A DNA stretch of 64,000 nt from Eledone cirrhosa. Taxonomy: Eukaryota. Position 1 is the first letter of the stretch. Every line of letters starts with the position of its first letter. The notes beneath the pieces were generated by a model. It searched no databases. It saw only the letters and a program-made list of their open reading frames with translations, and was not told the origin of the DNA. A program made the position numbers and the translations under genes. This document shows, one piece after another, positions 45,001-55,975 of the stretch. The stretch is taken from NCBI GenBank assembly GCA_964016885.1, contig OZ024741.1:415214001-415278000 (forward strand). The letters run 5' to 3'.

Positions 45001-48000
45001 GCTGTATCTCGCCAGAATTCCCTCACCTCTTTCTGTTCAAACCAGCTGTATCTGCCCAGAATTCTCTCACTTCTTTCTGTTCAAACCAGCTGTATCTGAC
45101 CAGAATTCTCTCACCTCTTTCTGTTCAAACCAGCTGTATCTGCCCAGAATTCCCTCACTTCTTTCTGTTTAAACCAGCTGTATCTGACCAGAATTCTCTT
45201 ACCTCTTTCTGTTCAAACCAGCTGTATCTACCCAGAATTCCCTCACCTCTTTCTGTTCAAACCAGCTGTATCTGGCCAGAATTCCCTCACCTCTTTCTGT
45301 TCAAACCAGCTGTATCTGCCCAGAATTCCCTCACTTATTTCCGTTTAAACCAGCTGTATCTGGCCAGATTTCTCTCACTTCTTTTTATTCAAACCAGCTG
45401 TATATGACCAGAATTCTCTCACTTCTTTCTGTTCAAACCAGCTGTATCTGCCCAGAATTCCCTCACCTCTTTCTGTTCAAACCAGCTGTAATATGGCCAG
45501 AATTCCCTCACCTCTTTCTGTTTAAACCATCTGTATCTGGCCAGAATTCTCTCACTTGTTTCTGTTCAAATCAGCTGTATCTGCCCAGAATTCTCTCACC
45601 TGTTTCTGTTCAAACCAGCTGTATCTGGTCAGAATTCTGTCACTTCTTTCTGTTTAAACCAGCTGTATCTGGCCAGAATTCTCTCACTTTTTTCTGTTCA
45701 AACCAGCTGTATCTGACCAGAATTCTCTCTCCTTATTCTGTTTAAACCATCTGTATCTGCCCAGAATTTTCTCACTTCTTTCTGTTCAAACCAGCTGTAT
45801 CTGACCAGAATTCCCTCACCTCTTTCTGTTCAAACCAGCTGTATCTGCCCAGAATTCTCTCACCTCTTTCTGTTTAAACCAGCTGTATCTGCCCAGAATT
45901 CTCTCACCTCTTTCTGTTCAAACCAGCTGTATCTGCCCAGAATTCCCTCACCTCTTTCTGTTCAAACCAGCTGTATCCACCCAGAATTCCCTCACTTCTT
46001 TCTGTTCAAACCAGCTGTATCTGACCAGAATTCCCTCATCTCTTTCTGTTCAAACCAGCTGTATCTGACCAGAATTCTCTCACTTCTTTCTGTTCAAACC
46101 AACTGTATCTGCCCAGAATTCCCTCACCTCTTTCTGTTCAAACCAGCTGTATCTGCCCAGAATTCCCCCACTTCTTTCTGTTCAAACCAGCTGTATCTGC
46201 CCAGAATTCCCTCACCTCTTTCTGTTCAAACCAGCTGTATCTGACCAGCATTCCCTCACCTCTTTCTGTTTAAACCAGCTGTATCTGCCCAGAATTCTCT
46301 CACCTCTTTCTTTACAAACCAGCTGTATCTGTCCAGAATTCCCTCACCTCTTTCTGTTCAAACCAGCCGTATCTGCCCAGAATTCCCTCACCTCTTTCTG
46401 TTCAAACCAGCTGTATCTGACCAGAATTCTCTCTCCTTATTCTGTTGAAACCAGTTGTATCTGCCCAGAATTCTCTCACTTCTTTCTGTTCAAACCAGCT
46501 GTATCTGCCCAGAATCCTCTCACCTCTTTCTGTTCAAACCAGCTGTATCTGGTCAGAATTCTGTCACTTCTTTCTGTTTAAACCAGCTGTATCTGCCCAG
46601 AATTTTCTCACCTGTTTCTGTTCAAACCAGCTGTATCTGGTCAGAATTCTGTCACTTCTTTCTGTTTAAACCAGCTGTATCTGGCCAGAATTCTCTCACT
46701 TTTTTCTGTTCAAACCAGCTGTATCTGACCAGAATTCTCTCTCCTTATTCTGTTTAAACCATCTGTATCTGCCCAGAATTTTCTCACTTCTTTCTGTTCA
46801 AACCAGCTGTATCTGACCAGAATTCCCTCACCTCTTTCTGTTCAAACCAGCTGTATCTGCCCAGAATTCTCTCACCTCTTTCTGTTTAAACCAGCTGTAT
46901 CTGCCCAGAATTCTCTCACCTCTTTCTGTTCAAACCAGCTGTATCTGCCCAGAATTCCCTCACCTCTTTCTGTTCAAACCAGCTGTATCCACCCAGAATT
47001 CCCTCACTTCTTTCTGTTCAAACCAGCTGTATCTGACCAGAATTCCCTCACCTCTTTCTGTTCAAACCAGCTGTATCTGCCCAGAATTACCTCACCTCTT
47101 TCTGTTCAAACCAGCTGTATCTGACCAGAATTCTCTCACCTATTTCTGTTCAAACCAGCTGTATCTGACCAGAATTCTCTTACCTCTTTCTGTTCAAACC
47201 AGCTGTATCTGCCCAGAATTCCCTTACCTCTTTCTGTTCAAACCAGCTGTATCTGCCCAGATTTCCCTCACCTCTTTCTGTTCAAACCAGCTGTATCTGC
47301 CCAGAATTCCCTCACCTCTTTCTGTTCAAACCAGCTGTATCTGACCAGAATTCTCTCACCTATTTCTGTTCAAACCAGCTGTATCTGACCAGAATTCTGT
47401 TACCTCTTTCTGTTCAAACCAGCTGTATCTGCCCAGAATTCCCTTACCTCTTTCTGTTCAAACCAGCTGTATCTGCCCAGATTTCCCTCACCTCTTTCTG
47501 TTCAAACCAGCTGTATCTGCCCAGAATTCCCTCACCTCTTTCTGTTCAAACCAGCTGTATCTGACCAGAATTCTCTCACCTATTTCTGTTCAAACCATCT
47601 GTATCTGACCAGAATTCTCTTACCTCTTTCTGTTCAAACCAGCTGTATCTGCCCAGAATTCCCTTACCTCTTTCTGTTCAAACCAGCTGTATCTGCCCAG
47701 AATTCCCTCACCTCTTTCTGTTCAAACCAGCTGTATCTGACCAGAATTCTCTCACCTATTTCTGTTCAAACCATCTGTATCTGACCAGAATTCCCTCACC
47801 TCTTTCTGTTCAAACCAGCTGTATCTGCCCAGAATTCTCTTACCTCTTTCTCTTCAAACCAGCTGTATCTGCCCAGAATTCCCTCACCTCTTTCTGTTCA
47901 AACCAGCTGTATCTGACCAGAATTCTCTCACCTCTTTCTGTTCAAACCAGCTGTATCTGGTCAGAATTCTTTCACTTCTTTCTGTTTAAACCAGCTGTAT

Positions 48001-51000
48001 CTGGCCAGAATTCTCTCACTTTTTTCTGTTCAAACCAGCTGTATCTGACCAGAATTCCCTCACCTCTTTCTGTTCAAACCAGCTGTATCTGACCAGAATT
48101 CTCTCTCCTTATTCTGTTCAAACCAGTTGTATCTGCCCAGAATTCTCTCACTTCTTTCTGTTCAAACCAGCTGTATCTGCCCAGAATCCTCTCACCTCTT
48201 TCTGTTCAAACCAGCTGTATCTGGCCAGAATTTCCTCACCTCTTTCTGTTTAAACCATCTGTATCTGGCCAGAATTCTCTCACTTATTTCTGTTCAAACC
48301 AGCTGTATCTGACCAGAATTCTCTCACCTGTTTCTGTTCAAACCAGCTGTATCTGGTCAGAATTCTCTCACTTCTTTCTGTTTAAACCAGCTGTATCTGG
48401 CCAGAATTCTCTCACTTTTTTCTGTTCAAACCAGCTGTATCTGACCAGAATTCTCTCTCCTTATTCTGTTTAAACCATCTGTATCTGCCCAGAATTTTCT
48501 CACTTCTTTCTGTTCAAACCAGCTGTATCTGAACAGAATTCCCTCACCTCTTTCTGTTCAAACCAGCTGTATCTGCCCAGAATTCTCTCACCTCTTTCTG
48601 TTTAAACCAGCTGTATCTGCCCAGAATTTTCTCACTTCTTTCTGTTCAAACCAGCTGTATCTGACCAGAATTCCCTCACTTCTTTCTGTTCAAACCAGCT
48701 GTATCTGACCAGAATTCCCTCACCTCTTTCTGTTCAAACCAGCTGTATCCACCCAGAATTCCCTCACTTCTTTCTGTTCAAACCAGCTGTATCTGACCAG
48801 AATTCCCTCACCTCTTTCTGTTCAAACCAGCTGTATCTGCCCAGAATTCCCTCACCTCTTTCTGTTCAAACCAGCTGTATCTGACCAGAATTCTCTCACC
48901 TATTTCTGTTCAAACCAGCTGTATCTGACCAGAATTCTCTTACCTCTTTCTGTTCAAACCAGCTGTATCTGCCCAGAATTCCCTTACCTCTTTCTGTTCA
49001 AACCAGCTGTATCTGCCCAGATTTCCCTCACCTCTTTCTGTTCAAACCAGCTGTATCTGCCCAGAATTCCCTCACCTCTTTCTGTTCAAACCAGCTGTAT
49101 CTGACCAGAATTCTGTCACCTATTTCTGTTCAAACCAGCTGTATCTGACCAGAATTCTGTTACCTCTTTCTGTTCAAACCAGCTGTATCTGCCCAGAATT
49201 CCCTTACCTCTTTCTGTTCAAACCAGCTGTATCTGCCCAGATTTCCCTCACCTCTTTCTGTTCAAACCAGCTGTATCTGCCCAGAATTCCCTCACCTCTT
49301 TCTGTTCAAACCAGCTGTATCTGACCAGAATTCTCTCACCTATTTCTGTTCAAACCATCTGTATCTGACCAGAATTCTCTTACCTCTTTCTGTTCAAACC
49401 AGCTGTATCTGCCCAGAATTCCCTTACCTCTTTCTGTTCAAACCAGCTGTATCTGCCCAGAATTCCCTCACCTCTTTCTGTTCAAACCAGCTGTATCTGA
49501 CCAGAATTCTCTCACCTATTTCTGTTCAAACCATCTGTATCTGACCAGAATTCCCTCACCTCTTTCTGTTCAAACCAGCTGTATCTGCCCAGAATTCTCT
49601 TACCTCTTTCTCTTCAAACCAGCTGTATCTGCCCAGAATTCCCTCACCTCTTTCTGTTCAAACCAGCTGTATCTGACCAGAATTCTCTCACCTCTTTCTG
49701 TTCAAACCAGCTGTATCTGGTCAGAATTCTTTCACTTCTTTCTGTTTAAACCAGCTGTATCTGGCCAGAATTCTCTCACTTTTTTCTGTTCAAACCAGCT
49801 GTATCTGACCAGAATTCCCTCACCTCTTTCTGTTCAAACCAGCTGTATCTGACCAGAATTCTCTCTCCTTATTCTGTTCAAACCAGTTGTATCTGCCCAG
49901 AATTCTCTCACTTCTTTCTGTTCAAACCAGCTGTATCTGCCCAGAATCCTCTCACCTCTTTCTGTTCAAACCAGCTGTATCTGGCCAGAATTTCCTCACC
50001 TCTTTCTGTTTAAACCATCTGTATCTGGCCAGAATTCTCTCACTTATTTCTGTTCAAACCAGCTGTATCTGACCAGAATTCTCTCACCTGTTTCTGTTCA
50101 AACCAGCTGTATCTGGTCAGAATTCTCTCACTTCTTTCTGTTTAAACCAGCTGTATCTGGCCAGAATTCTCTCACTTTTTTCTGTTCAAACCAGCTGTAT
50201 CTGACCAGAATTCTCTCTCCTTATTCTGTTTAAACCATCTGTATCTGCCCAGAATTTTCTCACTTCTTTCTGTTCAAACCAGCTGTATCTGAACAGAATT
50301 CCCTCACCTCTTTCTGTTCAAACCAGCTGTATCTGCCCAGAATTCTCTCACCTCTTTCTGTTTAAACCAGCTGTATCTGCCCAGAATTTTCTCACTTCTT
50401 TCTGTTCAAACCAGCTGTATCTGACCAGAATTCCCTCACTTCTTTCTGTTCAAACCAGCTGTATCTGACCAGAATTCCCTCACCTCTTTCTGTTCAAACC
50501 AGCTGTATCTGACCAGAATTCCCTCACCTCTTTCTGTTCAAACCAGCTGTATCTGCCCAGAATTCTCTCATCTCTTTCTGTTTAAACCAGCTGTATCTGC
50601 CCAGAATTCTCTCACCTCTTTCTGTTCAAACCAGCTGTATCTGCCCAGAATTCCCTCACCTCTTTCTGTTCAAACCAGCTGTATCCACCCAGAATTCCCT
50701 CACTTCTTTCTGTTCAAACCAGCTGTATCTGACCAGAATTCCCTCACCTCTTTCTGTTCAAACCAGCTGTATCTGCCCAGAATTCCCTTACCTCTTTCTG
50801 TTCAAACCAGCTGTATCTGCCCAGATTTCCCTCACCTCTTTCTGTTCAAACCAGCTGTATCTGCCCAGAATTCCCTCACCTCTTTCTGTTCAAACCAGCT
50901 GTATCTGACCAGAATTCTCTCACCTATTTCTGTTCAAACCATCTGTATCTGACCAGAATTCTCTTACCTCTTTCTGTTCAAACCAGCTGTATCTGCCCAG

Positions 51001-53065
51001 AATTCCCTTACCTCTTTCTGTTCAAACCAGCTGTATCTGCCCAGATTTCCCTCACCTCTTTCTGTTCAAACCAGCTGTATCTGCCCAGAATTCCCTCACC
51101 TCTTTCTGTTCAAACCAGCTGTATCTGACCAGAATTCTCTCACCTATTTCTGTTCAAACCATCTGTATCTGACCAGAATTCCCTCACCTCTTTCTGTTCA
51201 AACCAGCTGTATCTGCCCAGAATTCTCTTACCTCTTTCTCTTCAAACCAGCTGTATCTGCCCAGAATTCCCTCACCTCTTTCTGTTCAAACCAGCTGTAT
51301 CTGACCAGAATTCTCTCACCTCTTTCTGTTCAAACCAGCTGTATCTGGTCAGAATTCTCTCACTTCTTTCTGTTTAAACCAGCTGTATCTGGCCAGAATT
51401 CTCTCACTTTTTTCTGTTCAAACCAGCTGTATCTGACCAGAATTCCCTCACCTCTTTCTGTTCAAACCAGCTGTATCTGACCAGAATTCTCTCTCCTTAT
51501 TCTGTTCAAACCAGTTGTATCTGCCCAGAATTCTCTCACTTCTTTCTGTTCAAACCAGCTGTATCTGCCCAGAATCCTCTCACCTCTTTCTGTTCAAACC
51601 AGCTGTATCTGGCCAGAATTTCCTCACCTCTTTCTGTTTAAACCATCTGTATCTGGCCAGAATTCTCTCACTTATTTCTGTTCAAACCAGCTGTATCTGA
51701 CCAGAATTCTCTCACCTGTTTCTGTTCAAACCAGCTGTATCTGGTCAGAATTCTCTCACTTCTTTCTGTTTAAACCAGCTGTATCTGGCCAGAATTCTCT
51801 CACTTTTTTCTGTTCAAACCAGCTGTATCTGACCAGAATTCTCTCTCCTTATTCTGTTTAAACCATCTGCATCTGCCCAGAATTTTCTCACTTCTTTCTG
51901 TTCAAACCAGCTGTATCTGACCAGAATTCCCTCACCTCTTTCTGTTCAAACCAGCTGTATCTGCCCAGAATTCTCTCACCTCTTTCTGTTTAAACCAGCT
52001 GTATCTGCCCAGAATTTTCTCACTTCTTTCTGTTCAAACCAGCTGTTTCTGACCAGAATTCCCTCACTTCTTTCTGTTCAAACCAGCTGTATCTGACCAG
52101 AATTCCCTCACCTCTTTCTGTTCAAACCAGCTGTATCTGACCAGAATTCCCTCACCTCTTTCTGTTCAAACCAGCTGTATCTGCCCAGAATTCTCTCATC
52201 TCTTTCTGTTTAAACCAGCTGTATCTGCCCAGAATTCTCTCACCTCTTTCTGTTCAAACCAGATGTATCTGCCCAGAATTCCCTCACCTCTTTCTGTTCA
52301 AACCAGCTGTATCTGACCAGAATTCCCTCACTTCTTTCTGTTCAAACCAGCTGTATCTGACCAGAATTCCCTCACCTCTTTCTGTTCAAACCAGCTGTAT
52401 CTGCCCAGAATTCCCTTACCTCTTTCTGTTCAAACCAGCTGTATCTGCCCAGATTTCCCTCACCTCTTTCTGTTCAAACCAGCTGTATCTGCCCAGAATT
52501 CCCTCACCTCTTTCTGTTCAAACCAGCTGTATCTGACCAGAATTCTCTCACCTATTTCTGTTCAAACCAGCTGTATCTGACCAGAATTCTCTTACCTCTT
52601 TCTGTTCAAACCAGCTGTATCTGCCCAGAATTCCCTCACCTCTTTCTGTTCAAACCAGCTGTATCTGACCCGAATTCTCTCACCTCTTTCTGTTCAAACC
52701 AGCTGTATCTGCCCAGAATTCCCTCACCTCTTTCTGTTCAAACCAGCTGTATCTGGCCAGAATTCTCTCACCTCTTTCTGTTCAAACCAACTGTATCTGC
52801 GCAGAATTCCCTCACTTCTTTCTGTTCAAACCAGCTGTATCTGACCAGAATACCCTCACCTCTTTCTGTTCAAACCAGCTGTATCTGTCCAGAATTCCCT
52901 CACCTCTTTCTGTTTAAACCAGCTGTATCTGCCCAGAATTCTCCCACCTGTTTCTGTTCAAACCAGCTGTATCTGACCAGAATTCTCTCACCCCTTTCTG
53001 TTTAAACCATCTGTATCTGCCCAGAATTCTCCCACCTGTTTCTGTTCAAACCAGTTGTAACTGGC
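1..53065. repeat. 44-bp tandem satellite array (~1,200 units, runs off the left edge)
   Basis: Consensus CCAGAATTCYCTCACYTCTTTCTGTTCAAACCAGCTGTATCTGV repeats head-to-tail in one orientation. Units carry EcoRI (GAATTC) and PvuII (CAGCTG) sites, the consensus has no CpG, and the + strand is pyrimidine-rich. The array ends abruptly at ...CCAGTTGTAACTGGC. Confidence 0.99.
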
Positions 53066-53125
53066 TGCTCATACTGATGTTAAGATATTGTTCTCAAAAT
53101 AAATAATATCAAAATCTCAGATTCA

Positions 53126-53264
53126 ATATTATGTGAGGTAAAAATATTGTGAAAATACAATATAGTATATATAGAGTAATGTAAATGTTATGTGAGATAT
53201 TATGTGAGGTAAAAATACTGTGAAAATATATATAGAAAGTATATATAGAGTAATGTAAATGGTT
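53126..53264. repeat. AT-rich ~70-bp imperfect tandem duplication
   Basis: ATATTATGTGAGGTAAAAATAYTGTGAAAATA...GTATATATAGAGTAATGTAAATG occurs at ~53126 and ~53197. Confidence 0.85.
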
Positions 53265-53369
53265 AAGGGTTAAACACAAACTACTGTTTGTAGAGAGAGT
53301 GAACTTCTTTATGGCTAACTAAAGCAATGTAGCTTAAAATTATGTTACTTCATTTTTCATTTATTCCAG

Positions 53370-53448
53370 ATGAAACTAATAATCTTCTAATCCAGTTCCG
53401 ACATTTAAAATTCATTCAGAGTTCTATAGAACTAAAAGCTATTCCAAC
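53370..53448 (+). CDS. Internal coding exon A (79 nt, phase 1 to 2) of an unidentified spliced gene
   Basis: Acceptor TTCATTTTTCATTTATTCCAG| and donor |GTAAGT. Only one frame is open: xETNNLLIQFRHLKFIQSSIELKAIP(T). The phase matches exon B. Confidence 0.8.
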
Positions 53449-53696
53449 GTAAGTATTTGTTGCTGAATATTCTTGGGATGTTGTTAAGTGACAGTTTATC
53501 AGCCTTTAGTTTTCTCAGTCAGAGTTAGGTTGTTAATGTGTGTGTATGGCCCCACAACTTCTGACAAAGGTGGAGTTGCAAGGGTGCTGTAGTCTCATAC
53601 AATGTTTCTAAGGCATTTTAAACCTGGCAGAGGCCATTCCCTCTCTCTCCAGTTTTGAAAGCAACTGATTTCTCCCAGTGAAGGAGAGAATGTGAT

Positions 53697-53777
53697 AGAG
53701 AGAGAGAAGTAAGAAAGAGAGAGAGTGTGACAGGGAAGTGAGAGAGAAAAAGGGAGACAGATAAAGAGACATATATA

Positions 53778-53813
<36 letters not shown>
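53697..53813. repeat. Compound (GA)-rich / (GT)n / (TA)n microsatellite
   Basis: Directly visible dinucleotide runs. Confidence 0.9.
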
Positions 53814-54077
53814 GTGACGAAACATAAGTCAATTGCATGAACTCATAATCCTTTATTTACTGCTATATATATTTCGATGATAGCCATTGAATGGCTATGA
53901 CCTCATCAGGCAGTTAGTCAGTTCTTAGATATGCCAGCTCTGTGTTTATAGTGTTGATGGTATCAGAGTCTTGGGACATATGAGCTTGTTAGGAATAAAT
54001 TAATGTTGTCAGCAGGAATAGTCTTGATTCTCATTGGTCAGTTTGTAGATGGTAGTAGGGTTGGTATTTGACCTCAA
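53814..54077 (-). mobile_element. Penelope-like element pseudo-LTR or retrozyme-like fragment inserted in (TA)n
   Basis: About 260 bp of complex sequence bounded by (TA)n on both sides. It contains a minimal hammerhead followed immediately by AATAAA on the minus strand (plus TTTATT 53852-53857), the layout known from PLE terminal repeats. No RT or GIY-YIG coding sequence is visible. Confidence 0.6.
53859..53914 (-). ncRNA. Minimal type I hammerhead ribozyme
   Basis: Minus strand reads ACTGC-CTGATGA-GGTCATAGCCAT-TCA-ATGGCTATCATC-GAAA-TATATA-TA-GCAGT. This gives stem I ACTGC/GCAGT, intact CUGAUGA and GAAA boxes, a 12-position stem II (one G.U pair, one C-C mismatch), a very short stem III with a palindromic loop, and an AUA cleavage triplet. 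Confidence 0.8.
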
Positions 54078-54350
<273 letters not shown>

Positions 54351-54423
54351 CCTATGTGGTTGACGGCTGAGAGAAAGGAGTACTCAATACCAAAGTATTT
54401 TAATATTCATTTTATTAAGGCTG

Positions 54424-54610
54424 AATAATTGTTTCTACTTTTGGCACAAGGCCAGAAATTATCCCAGTGTATTACTGGTACTTTATTTTATCGACCCCGT
54501 AAGGATGAAAGGCAAAGTTAACCTCGGCGGGATTTGAACTCAGACCATAAAGGGCCGTAACTCTATGCTGCAAAGCATGTTGTCCGACCCTCTACCAATA
54601 CTGCTAATCA
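54424..54610 (-). mobile_element. tRNA-derived SINE (family 1)
   Basis: The minus strand has an A-box-like TAGCAGTATTGG (plus 54595-54606), a B box GAGTTCAAATC (plus 54531-54541), the body CTTTGCCTTTCATCCTTACGGGGTCGATAAAATAAAGTACCAGT and an ATT-type tail. It resembles abundant Octopus SINEs as recalled; not searched. Confidence 0.8.
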
Positions 54611-54613
54611 TAA

Positions 54614-54711
54614 TGTTGTTACTCTGGAGTTTTGCTTGTTTATGACAGGGTCATTAGACCAGAACTGTTTAATGACCTTGTCATAAACATCAGCACTCCA
54701 GAGTAACAACA
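54614..54711 (+). other. 98-nt near-perfect inverted repeat (MITE-like or pre-miRNA-like hairpin)
   Basis: Arms pair as TGTTGTTACTCTGGAGT/ACTCCAGAGTAACAACA (17 bp perfect), GCT/AGC, TGTTTATGACA/TGTCATAAACA and GGGTCATTAGAC/GTTTAATGACCT around a ~7-nt loop. Confidence 0.85.
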
Positions 54712-54738
54712 CTCATTATTCAGCCACAATGAAAATGA

Positions 54739-54800
54739 ATCATCATCATCATCTTTGCTGTTTAACGTCCACCTTCCATGCTAGCATGGGTTAGATGGGT
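54739..54800 (-). mobile_element. SINE family 2, 3' tail remnant
   Basis: (CAT)n...TTTAACGTCCACCTTCCATGCTAGCATGGG is the reverse complement of the tail seen at ~55120-55173 and ~55440-55484. Confidence 0.7.
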
Positions 54801-54825
54801 TGTTCCATTTCGGGCAAGTTGGTCA

Positions 54826-55169
54826 GGTGACTATATCCTGCTTAGTGGTTAGAGCATTGGCCTTGCAATCGAAAGGTTGTGAGTTCAATTCTCAGACCAG
54901 GTGATGTGTTGTTTCCTTGAGCAAGACACTTTATTTCACATTGCTCCAGTTTACTCAGCTGTAGAAATGAGATGATATGGGGCTAGGGTCTCTGTCATTC
55001 CACTGCAAAGTGGTCGTGGAGGTGCCACGGCAAAAAAGCACCCAGCACTCACTGTAAATGAGGTTGGTGTTAGGAAGGGCAACCAGCTGTAGAAATCAAG
55101 CCAGAATCAGTTCCCGTCCCACTCTTGCAAGCAGGAAAAAGCGGACGTAAAATGAAATGATGATGATGA

Positions 55170-55173
<4 letters not shown>
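54826..55173 (+). mobile_element. tRNA-headed SINE (family 2) with CORE-like domain and (GAT)n tail; possibly composite
   Basis: A-box-like TGCTTAGTGG at ~54839, B box GAGTTCAATTC at 54881-54891, CORE-like TCCTTGAGCAAGACACTT, a 3' block GGTTGGTGTTAGGAAGGGCAACCAGCTGTAGAAA and the tail GGACGTAAAATG..(GAT)n. The start is approximate. Confidence 0.8.
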
Positions 55174-55233
<60 letters not shown>

Positions 55234-55264
55234 CATATATATTACATATATATATATATTTATA
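55172..55264. repeat. (TA)n microsatellite
   Basis: Directly visible. Confidence 0.95.
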
Positions 55265-55274
55265 AAAGTCGACG

Positions 55275-55484
55275 CTGTAATGTGGCCATGTAGGTAAGAC
55301 GGTAAAAAGTCCCCAGTTCATAATGTAAGTGTGGCTGGTGTTAGGAAGGGCATCCAACCGTAGAAAATCTGCCAGATAGTCCTATACGAGCGAGACATGG
55401 TCACCCGACCAATCTTGCCTCAAGTGGGACAATTCCAGTCTAACTCATGCTAGTGTGGAAGATAGATGTTAAACCATGATGATG
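55275..55484 (+). mobile_element. SINE family 2, 5'-truncated copy
   Basis: GGCTGGTGTTAGGAAGGGCATCCAACCGTAGAAA ... CATGCTAGTGTGGAAGATAGATGTTAAACCATGATGATG is homologous to ~55030-55173. Confidence 0.75.
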
Positions 55485-55545
55485 TTTATATATATATATA
55501 TATATATACAAATACACACAATGATCTTTAATTTCCATTCTCCAG

Positions 55546-55648
55546 GAGGGAAAGGGTAACAAGAACATCAGACTATTTTACTGATATGGATTTGGCATTT
55601 GGAGAGTTTAGAGATATAATGACAAGTATTGAAGAGATTCCAAGTGTG
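55546..55648 (+). CDS. Internal coding exon B (103 nt, phase 2 to 0)
   Basis: Acceptor TCTTTAATTTCCATTCTCCAG| and donor GTG|GTAAGT. It reads (T)RERVTRTSDYFTDMDLAFGEFRDIMTSIEEIPSV, in frame with exons A and C. Confidence 0.82.
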
Positions 55649-55781
55649 GTAAGTACCATTTGATGTCTGAATGAAAAGATGGCAAATTAAGATCCTGTTC
55701 CATGACAGCTGACCTATGACAAAATAACAATAAAAACTTATTTATTTATTCATACATTTTCAAAACACACACACCAAATTA

Positions 55782-55975
55782 CATCATCATCGTCTGCACT
55801 ATTTAACGTCCATTTATCCTCACTAGCGTGTGTCAGATGAGTTGTCCTATTGTGAGAAATGCCAGGACAGGCGACCATGTCTTGCTCATACAAAACTGAT
55901 TTTGGCTTGGTTTCTATGGCTGGATGTCCTTCCTAGTGCCAACCACATTTATAGTGTGTACTGGGTGCTTTTTGT
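55782..55975 (-). mobile_element. SINE family 2 copy, inverted relative to 55275-55484
   Basis: (CAT)n..TTTAACGTCC...GACCATGTCTTGCTC...TTTCTATGGCTGGATGTCCTTCCTAGTGCCAACC is the reverse complement of the upstream copy. Confidence 0.8.

Noticed and set aside
115-51700. Dozens of + strand ORFs up to 427 aa (SVQTSCICPEF / FKPAVSAQNS / CSNQLYLPRI)
   Set aside because: These are translations of a 44-bp unit cycling through all three frames. They end wherever the TGA or TAA variant falls, with no domain or frame preference.
1-53065. CRISPR-like array
   Set aside because: There are no unique spacers and no cas genes, and the context is eukaryotic.
1-53065. U12-type intron signals in the unit (GTATCT, TTCCCTCAC)
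   Set aside because: They deviate from the strict GTATCCTT and TCCTTAAC consensus at key positions.
1-53065. Centromeric or telomeric identity of the array
   Set aside because: There is no TTAGGG and no sequence evidence for centromere function; this cannot be judged without CENP-A data.
53370-53390. ATG at the start of exon A as the initiation codon
   Set aside because: That frame stops after 6 codons (ATG AAA CTA ATA ATC TTC TAA); the open frame is the phase-1 one.
54839-54900. tRNA gene
   Set aside because: A and B boxes are present but there is no convincing cloverleaf, and the sequence continues into a SINE body.
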